NCBI GenBank assembly: GCA_017857755.1
Contig: JAFMCM010000001.1
Coordinates: 25,121-89,120, forward strand
Direction: 5' to 3'
DNA length: 64,000 nucleotides
Origin: Methylophilaceae bacterium
GTDB lineage: Bacteria > Pseudomonadota > Gammaproteobacteria > Burkholderiales > Methylophilaceae
Shown here: positions 58,263 through 64,000 of the stretch, in pieces
Numbering within the stretch: position 1 is the first letter of the stretch
Layout of the letters: each line of letters begins with the position of its first letter
Notes under the pieces: model-generated
The model's input: the letters and a program-made list of their open reading frames with translations, nothing else
What the model was told of the DNA's origin: nothing
Databases searched by the model: none
Program-made: the position numbers and the translations under genes

Positions 58263-60101
58263 TTAATCTTCGCCTAAAAAACCACCACTTTGATGAGCCC
58301 AAAAACTTGCATAGAGTCCTTTCTTAGCCAGCAATGCAATATGACTACCCTCTTCCACAATACGGCCTTGATCTAACACAATCAGTTTATCCATTGCGGC
58401 AATAGTTGATAATCGATGTGCAATCGCAACCACTGTTTTGCCCTGCATTAAGCTATATAAACTCTCTTGAATCACCGCTTCAACTTCGCTATCTAAGGCA
58501 CTGGTGGCCTCATCTAATAATAAGATAGGCGCATCTTTGAGCATCACGCGTGCAATGGCAATACGTTGACGTTGCCCACCCGACAGCTTAACACCACGCT
58601 CACCGACGTGTGCATCGTAACCTTGCCGACCTTTAGCATCCCGTAGTTGCAAAATAAATTCATGTGCTTCAGCTCTTTTTGCCGCAGCGATAATTTCAGA
58701 CTCTGTCGCACATGGACGACCATAGGCAATATTGTCACGCACACTTCTATGCAATAAAGACGTGTCTTGCGTCACCATGCCAATGTACGCACGTAGACTG
58801 TTTTGCGTCACCGCTTGGACATTCTGATCATCTATTAAAATTTCACCTTGCTGCACTTCATAGAACCTTAACAGCAAATTGACCGCTGTTGATTTTCCCG
58901 CACCAGAACGGCCAACCAAACCGACTTTCTCACCCGGTTTAATATCCAACTGAAAATGGTTCAAAACTTGTTGTTGTGCTGAATAAGCAAAACTAACTTG
59001 ATGAAATTGCACATGACCTTGTGTGACGACCAACGGCTTTGCATCGGGGTGATCGACAATATTATGTGACATCGCCAAGGTGTTGATACCATCTTGCACT
59101 GTACCAATTTGCTCATAAAGCGAAGTAAGCTCCCACATCACCCAATGTGAGATCCCGTTTAACCGCAAACACATTGCCGCAATCGCCGCAATACCGCCAA
59201 CACTCATTTGCCCTTGTGTCCATAACCACAAACCAAAACCACCACTACTGATAATCAGCACCATATTTAATAAATGATTGATGGTTTCAATACTACTGAC
59301 CAAACGCATTTGCTGATGCACAGTCCCCAAAAACTCGGTCATTGCGCCTTGCGCATAATCTGCTTCGCGCCCAGCATGCGAGAATAATTTAACCGTACTA
59401 ATATTGGTATAAGCATCCGTAATCCGTCCCGTCATCAGCGAGCGCGCATCGGCTTGTTGCTGCGACACTTTACTTAATCTGGGCACAAAGTAGTACAGTG
59501 CCCCAGCATAGAGCGTTAACCATGATAAAAAAGGAATCATAATCAATAAGTTAAAATTACCGACGATGGCAATCATCGTAGCAAAATAGATCGTCACAAA
59601 AACCATGATTTCTGAAACAATAAACCAAACGTCGCGAACCGCTAATGCGGTTTGCATCACTTTGGCAGAAACGCGGCCAGCAAACTCATCTTGATAAAAC
59701 CCCATGCTTTGTTGCAGCATTAAGCGATGGAAGTTCCAGCGCATGCGCATTGGGAAATTACCAGCCAACGATTGGTGCTTAAGCAACGTTTGCAAGGCGA
59801 GCAATGCAGTACTGGCCAGCAGAATAACAGCAAGCATGAGCAAAGTAGCTCGCTCCAAATTCCAAAACAAAGCGGGCGGCGTATCACCAAGCCAATCCAC
59901 TACCCTCCCCATCATAGCAAATAGCAACGCTTCAAATACCCCTAAAAGCGCTGTCAATATCGTCATGCTAATCAAAAAAGGACGCATACCCTCACTACAA
60001 GTCCATACAAAGGTCCAGAAGCGTTTTGGTGGAGGTTGAATCGCGCCCTTGGGAAAAGGATGCACCAGTGTCTCAAACCATCTAAAGAGTGTAGATAACA
60101 T
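58263..60101 (-). CDS. ABC transporter, fused permease/ATPase (exporter type)
   Basis: Six-helix TM domain, Walker A GRSGAGKST and ABC signature LSGGQRQRIAIAR. Confidence 0.85.
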   Translation of the reverse strand: MLSTLFRWFETLVHPFPKGAIQPPPKRFWTFVWTCSEGMRPFLISMTILTALLGVFEALLFAMMGRVVDWLGDTPPALFWNLERATLLMLAVILLASTALLALQTLLKHQSLAGNFPMRMRWNFHRLMLQQSMGFYQDEFAGRVSAKVMQTALAVRDVWFIVSEIMVFVTIYFATMIAIVGNFNLLIMIPFLSWLTLYAGALYYFVPRLSKVSQQQADARSLMTGRITDAYTNISTVKLFSHAGREADYAQGAMTEFLGTVHQQMRLVSSIETINHLLNMVLIISSGGFGLWLWTQGQMSVGGIAAIAAMCLRLNGISHWVMWELTSLYEQIGTVQDGINTLAMSHNIVDHPDAKPLVVTQGHVQFHQVSFAYSAQQQVLNHFQLDIKPGEKVGLVGRSGAGKSTAVNLLLRFYEVQQGEILIDDQNVQAVTQNSLRAYIGMVTQDTSLLHRSVRDNIAYGRPCATESEIIAAAKRAEAHEFILQLRDAKGRQGYDAHVGERGVKLSGGQRQRIAIARVMLKDAPILLLDEATSALDSEVEAVIQESLYSLMQGKTVVAIAHRLSTIAAMDKLIVLDQGRIVEEGSHIALLAKKGLYASFWAHQSGGFLGED

Positions 60102-60107
60102 ATAAAA

Positions 60108-60581
60108 CTAGTGCGCTACAATCAAACAAACGGCTTCAGCCGCAATGCCTTCACCGCGACCAGTAAAGCCTAGCTTCTCTGTGGTGGTCGCTTTAATGTT
60201 AACTTGATTCGCTTCGACGTCACAATCTTGCGCGATATTAGCGCACATTTGGGCAATATGCGGACCCAGTTTTGGTGCCTCACAAATCACGGTTGCATCG
60301 ATATTACTTACTTTGTATGCTTGACTCGTCAACAAAGCCACAACTGCTCTTAACAAATGCCGTGAATCAATATCTTTGTAACGATGGTCTGAGGGCGGAA
60401 AATGCTTTCCAATATCACCCAAAGCCGCTGCACCGAGTAATGCATCACAAATAGCATGCAACAAAACATCCGCATCGGAATGTCCGTCTAAACCTTTATC
60501 ATACGCAATCGTCACGCCACCAATAATACATGGGCGTCCTTTAACTAAGCGATGTACATCAAAGCCATGACCAATTCGCAT
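60108..60581 (-). CDS. ispF: 2-C-methyl-D-erythritol 2,4-cyclodiphosphate synthase
   Basis: [12 protein letters not shown] and [11 protein letters not shown] motifs. Confidence 0.95.
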   Translation of the reverse strand: MRIGHGFDVHRLVKGRPCIIGGVTIAYDKGLDGHSDADVLLHAICDALLGAAALGDIGKHFPPSDHRYKDIDSRHLLRAVVALLTSQAYKVSNIDATVICEAPKLGPHIAQMCANIAQDCDVEANQVNIKATTTEKLGFTGRGEGIAAEAVCLIVAH

Positions 60582-61282
60582 TAATGTTGCTCCTGTGATT
60601 GATGTGCTGCATAGGTAAAAATCATTTCTAATACAGTCAAATCCTCAGGGTAAGTGACCTTTAAATTGCGCCATTCGCCATGCACCAGCTTCGGACTAAA
60701 ACCTAAAGCCTCAATCGCCTCAGCTTCATCTGTTGGCAACCCATCATATTCCGCTAGCGCTTGCTTGAGCATGGCATAACGAAACATCTGCGGGGTCTGT
60801 GCTTGCCATAAGTTTTGTCTAGAAACTGTTTCGTTAACGACATTCATTTCATTGGATTTTTTAATGGTATCAGCCACTGGCAAGGCAAGTAAGCCACCAA
60901 CCGCATCATTCGCTAGGGCTTGCAAGAGCCGGTTGAGCGCATCCTGCGTCAGCCCAGGCCGCGCTGCATCATGGACTAACACCCAATCATCCGCCGCAAC
61001 TGACATAGCCGCCAAGGTGTTCAATACCGTTTCAGCACGACTGTCACCACCAGTAGCATGAATATGGACACGGCCTTCGACCGTCAATGCTAAATCACGC
61101 CAAAATTCATCTTCTGGACTCAAGGCCAAGTGAATACTAGCAATGCTTTCATTGGCCAAAAAAGTTTCAACAATATGCGTAATAATCGGTTCCCCAGCTA
61201 GTGGTAAATATTGTTTTGGCAACACATTTTCCATTCTTGTGCCAATACCAGCCGCAGGGATAATCACATGAAATAAAGACAT
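60581..61282 (-). CDS. ispD: 2-C-methyl-D-erythritol 4-phosphate cytidylyltransferase
   Basis: [11 protein letters not shown] and VLVHDAARP motifs. It overlaps ispF by 1 nt. Confidence 0.9.
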   Translation of the reverse strand: MSLFHVIIPAAGIGTRMENVLPKQYLPLAGEPIITHIVETFLANESIASIHLALSPEDEFWRDLALTVEGRVHIHATGGDSRAETVLNTLAAMSVAADDWVLVHDAARPGLTQDALNRLLQALANDAVGGLLALPVADTIKKSNEMNVVNETVSRQNLWQAQTPQMFRYAMLKQALAEYDGLPTDEAEAIEALGFSPKLVHGEWRNLKVTYPEDLTVLEMIFTYAAHQSQEQH

Positions 61283-61461
61283 AAAGACCAGTTTAACATG
61301 ACGCCATAAAGCGGTTCATTAAAAATCAAAAATATAATCAGCAGACCAACATGCCCTTTTTGAATGGCTTTCGCCCATCAGTAACCCAACTACTGAAGTG
61401 ACAACACCAGCCTTGAGTACGCGCTGGCTATAAAAAAATTTCAACGACTAGCGTTGCGCTC

Positions 61462-61508
61462 AAAAAAAACCGCCTAGCGAAACAAGAAAGATGTTTCTGC
61501 AGGCGGTT
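61462..61508 (-). terminator. Rho-independent terminator of amt (AACCGCCT...AGGCGGTT followed by T8 on the minus strand)
   Basis: Outer 8-bp stem plus an inner GAAACA/TGTTTC stem, then a run of eight T on the minus strand, 26 nt after the amt stop. Confidence 0.7.
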
Positions 61509-61533
61509 AGTCTAAACCGAATCTGGCTGATGA

Positions 61534-62724
61534 TTAATCTTGCGCGGTTGAGCTAATTTTATGGATAGTTAAATCTGCGCCTTCAAACTCTTCTTCTGCC
61601 GTTAACCGAATACCAACAAGTCTCTTAAGCGTTGCATAAACTACAAAACCACCGACTAAAGCAACCATAATCGCCAAGCAAGTACCAACGAGTTGCGACA
61701 TAAAACTCACACCACCAATACCGCCTAAAGCTTGACATCCAAAAATGCCAGCTGCCAAACCACCCCATGCGCCACATAACCCATGTAGCGGCCATACACC
61801 AAGTACGTCATCAATTTTTAAACGATTCTGCGTCATCATAAACGCCCATACAAACAAAGCACCAGCAACCAAGCCTGTCACAAGAGCACCAAGTGGATGC
61901 ATCACATCAGAGCCAGCACACACAGCAACCAAGCCAGCCAGAGGCCCATTATGTACAAAACCTGGGTCATTTTTACCCAATACAACCGCTGCTAAGGTAC
62001 CACCGACCAAAGCCATTAAGGAGTTAACCGCCACCAAACCTGAAATACCTTGTATGGCTTGAGCCGACATCACATTAAAGCCAAACCAACCTACCGTCAA
62101 AATCCAAGCACCCAAAGCTAAAAAGGGAATGCTTGAAGGTGGATGCGCATAAAGTTGCCCATCTTTACCATAGCGTCCTGTTCGAGCACCCAGTAAAACC
62201 ACTGCCATCAAACCAATCCACCCCCCCATGGCATGCACAACAACAGAGCCAGCAAAATCATGAAAAGCAAAACCAAACTGAGTGGTTAACATGGCTTGAA
62301 TACCGTAATGGCCGTTCCAAGCGATCCCCTCAAAGAAAGGGTAAACAAAGCCAACCAAGATAAAAGTCGCTGCAATTTGTGGATTAAATTTTGCGCGCTC
62401 GGCAATCCCACCTGAAACAATCGCAGGAATGGCCGCTGCGAAGGTTAACAAGAAAAAGAATTTAACTAACTCGTAACCATTTTTGGCTGCAAGCACATCA
62501 GCACCACTAAAAAAGCTTACGCCATAGGCAACACTGTAACCGATAAAGAAATACGCAATAGTCGAAATAGAAAAATCGACCATAATTTTCACTAAAGCAT
62601 TAACTTGATTTTTATGTCGGACTGTTCCCAACTCCAAAAAAGCAAATCCTGAATGCATGGCCAACACCATAATCGCGCCTAACAGTACAAACAACGTATC
62701 GTTTGCTGAGATTAACTGTTCCAT
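61534..62724 (-). CDS. amt: Ammonium transporter (Amt family)
   Basis: 396 aa with about 11 TM helices and the Amt signatures AFLELG, DFAGSVVVH and LGVWPLHGLCGAWGG. Confidence 0.95.
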   Translation of the reverse strand: MEQLISANDTLFVLLGAIMVLAMHSGFAFLELGTVRHKNQVNALVKIMVDFSISTIAYFFIGYSVAYGVSFFSGADVLAAKNGYELVKFFFLLTFAAAIPAIVSGGIAERAKFNPQIAATFILVGFVYPFFEGIAWNGHYGIQAMLTTQFGFAFHDFAGSVVVHAMGGWIGLMAVVLLGARTGRYGKDGQLYAHPPSSIPFLALGAWILTVGWFGFNVMSAQAIQGISGLVAVNSLMALVGGTLAAVVLGKNDPGFVHNGPLAGLVAVCAGSDVMHPLGALVTGLVAGALFVWAFMMTQNRLKIDDVLGVWPLHGLCGAWGGLAAGIFGCQALGGIGGVSFMSQLVGTCLAIMVALVGGFVVYATLKRLVGIRLTAEEEFEGADLTIHKISSTAQD

Positions 62725-63329
62725 TTAACTCCCCTAATTGATTTCATTATATTTGCTATTATTTTTTTGACTTAAAAAAATAAGAATAAAATTATTACCT
62801 GATATGATTGCTTGAGCCTAATCTTCTAAAGCAATATTATAAGAGCTTATACATATGCAGCGCATTGAATTATACCTTTTTTGCCGATTGAGTTAAGACT
62901 GTTTAAACCTTTCGCTTGACACAACTAAACAAACAACGCGGGAATCACCAGTCAAAAAATACAAGCACAGATACCCAACCATCAAGAACAAAAAGCGGTT
63001 TTCCTTGTGAGACCCATCATTCAAGTTAACCCGTCGCTACGGCTCAACAGGACAGTCATCAGCATTGCTCGCTTTCAAATCATGCAACAATAGCCGAGAG
63101 GTAGGCCACGCCTAATTGCTGGTTGCCAATAGCCGTGATCACGCTGGTAAAAAATCATTAAAATCCAAAAGTTTCAGCGACAAAACCTTTGCTTTTTATT
63201 AATTTCATATAAACTTCGTAAGCTTGTTGCGCTGATTTTGTAATAAAAACATTTGCACACCAAATCAAATTATATAAGGCAATGGGTGACCGCTGTTTAG
63301 CCACTTTTACTGAAACTAACTGTTAGAAA

Positions 63330-63647
63330 ATGATGCTAGAAAACTTATTACTCCTGATTGTGTTGCTCATGGCTTGGTTTTGGATAGACACCATTTCTAA
63401 ACGCGAAATTGCGATCTTCACTGGTAGAGAATTAGCCAGCAGATACCATTTACAATTGCTTGATGAAACCGTCGCTTGCAAAAAAATCAGTTTGGCCCGC
63501 AATAGTCACGGTCATATTCAAATCCTTCGTATCTATGAGTTTGAAGTCAGTCCAGACGGCCGTACTCGTTTAGCATGCCATATCGAACTGCTGGGCAAAC
63601 ACTTAACAAGCTGGGATATTCCACCTTATTTACAACCAGAGTATTAA
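63330..63647 (+). CDS. DUF3301-like small membrane-anchored protein
   Basis: N-terminal TM helix (LLLLIVLLMAWFWI) and a position upstream of gluQ. The family call is from memory. Confidence 0.55.
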   Translation: MMLENLLLLIVLLMAWFWIDTISKREIAIFTGRELASRYHLQLLDETVACKKISLARNSHGHIQILRIYEFEVSPDGRTRLACHIELLGKHLTSWDIPPYLQPEY

Positions 63648-63655
63648 TCAAGTTG

Positions 63656-64000
63656 ATGCCTTATATAGGACGATTCGCCCCTTCCCCGACTGGTCCATTA
63701 CATTTCGGCTCCCTAGTAGCCGCTGTTGCCAGCTATTGCGATGCCAGAGCAAACCACGGCCACTGGCGATTGCGCATAGAAGATCTTGATACCCCGAGAA
63801 CTGTTGCAGGAGCGACCGATGCCATTTTCCATACCTTACAATCGTATGGCTTTAGTTGGGATGGTGACATTATTTATCAAAGCAAGCGCCACGCTGTTTA
63901 CCAAGCAGCACTAGACCAGCTAAAATTACAAACGACCGTCTATCCTTGCACCTGTTCGCGAAAAGCGATTTCAGAGATCGCGACCCAAACTGGATTGGAA
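63656..64000 (+). CDS. gluQ: tRNA glutamyl-Q(34) synthetase GluQRS, N-terminal part (runs off the window end)
   Basis: My translation is MPYIGRFAPSPTGPLHFGSLVAAVASYCDARANHGHWRLRIEDLDTPRT. This matches the GluQ/GltX-like class I N-terminus. Confidence 0.85.
   Translation, partial: MPYIGRFAPSPTGPLHFGSLVAAVASYCDARANHGHWRLRIEDLDTPRTVAGATDAIFHTLQSYGFSWDGDIIYQSKRHAVYQAALDQLKLQTTVYPCTCSRKAISEIATQTGLE

Noticed and set aside
62831-62876. An AT-rich inverted repeat TATAAG-AG-CTTATA and a TATACAT core with vague resemblance to a dif/Xer site
   Set aside because: Alignment to the dif consensus (GGTGCGCATAATGTATATTATGTTAAAT) fails in both Xer-binding arms. Short AT-rich palindromes are expected by chance.
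63113-63128. TGGCAA-N5-AATT on the minus strand upstream of amt, resembling a sigma54 -24 element
   Set aside because: The -12 TTGC element is missing at the required spacing, and no NtrC-type palindrome lies nearby.

Overview
This is a dense, mostly core-genome window of about 50 protein genes. It looks like a low-GC betaproteobacterium, judged from the EarP plus Arg32 EF-P pair, a CpxR/CpxA/CpxP module and ftsK-lolA-rarA-serS synteny. A Methylophilaceae-like origin is only a guess. I found no rRNA, tRNA, CRISPR array, IS element, transposase, integrase, phage gene or recognisable defence system. Recognisable housekeeping genes are glnE (partial), acs, tag, prfC, an ABC-F ATPase, yhdP, a C-N hydrolase, tldD, efp/earP, greB, galE, an AddAB-type helicase-nuclease pair, mscS, mfd, rpiA, mltF, serS, rarA, lolA, ftsK, trxB, a SulP transporter, an Smr protein, an ABC exporter, ispDF, amt and gluQ (partial). 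I cannot point to one clear-cut novel system. All function calls come from by-eye motif recognition and need HMM or BLAST confirmation. The parts worth a second look are these:
- An orphan four-gene envelope metal module (MerT-like, periplasmic HMA, small outer-membrane barrel, Cys/Met/His-rich DUF2946-like protein) sits next to a Bfd-like [2Fe-2S] protein that is translationally coupled to a half-size UPF0016 transporter.
- A seven-gene lipid-modification cluster (FAD oxidoreductase, DUF1365, CFA-synthase-like, chalcone-isomerase-like, MFS, DUF3833, SDR) lies directly downstream of a two-component system.
- A Cpx module has two perfect CpxR boxes and His-rich segments in both the sensor and the CpxP-like protein.
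- A 1.1 kb ORF-free gap contains an internal terminator, and a second 0.6 kb ORF-free gap lies upstream of amt.
- A DUF5710 mini-protein overlaps the start of tag.
- The Smr protein has a duplicated N-terminal module.
- Exact short direct repeats occur in two promoter regions.
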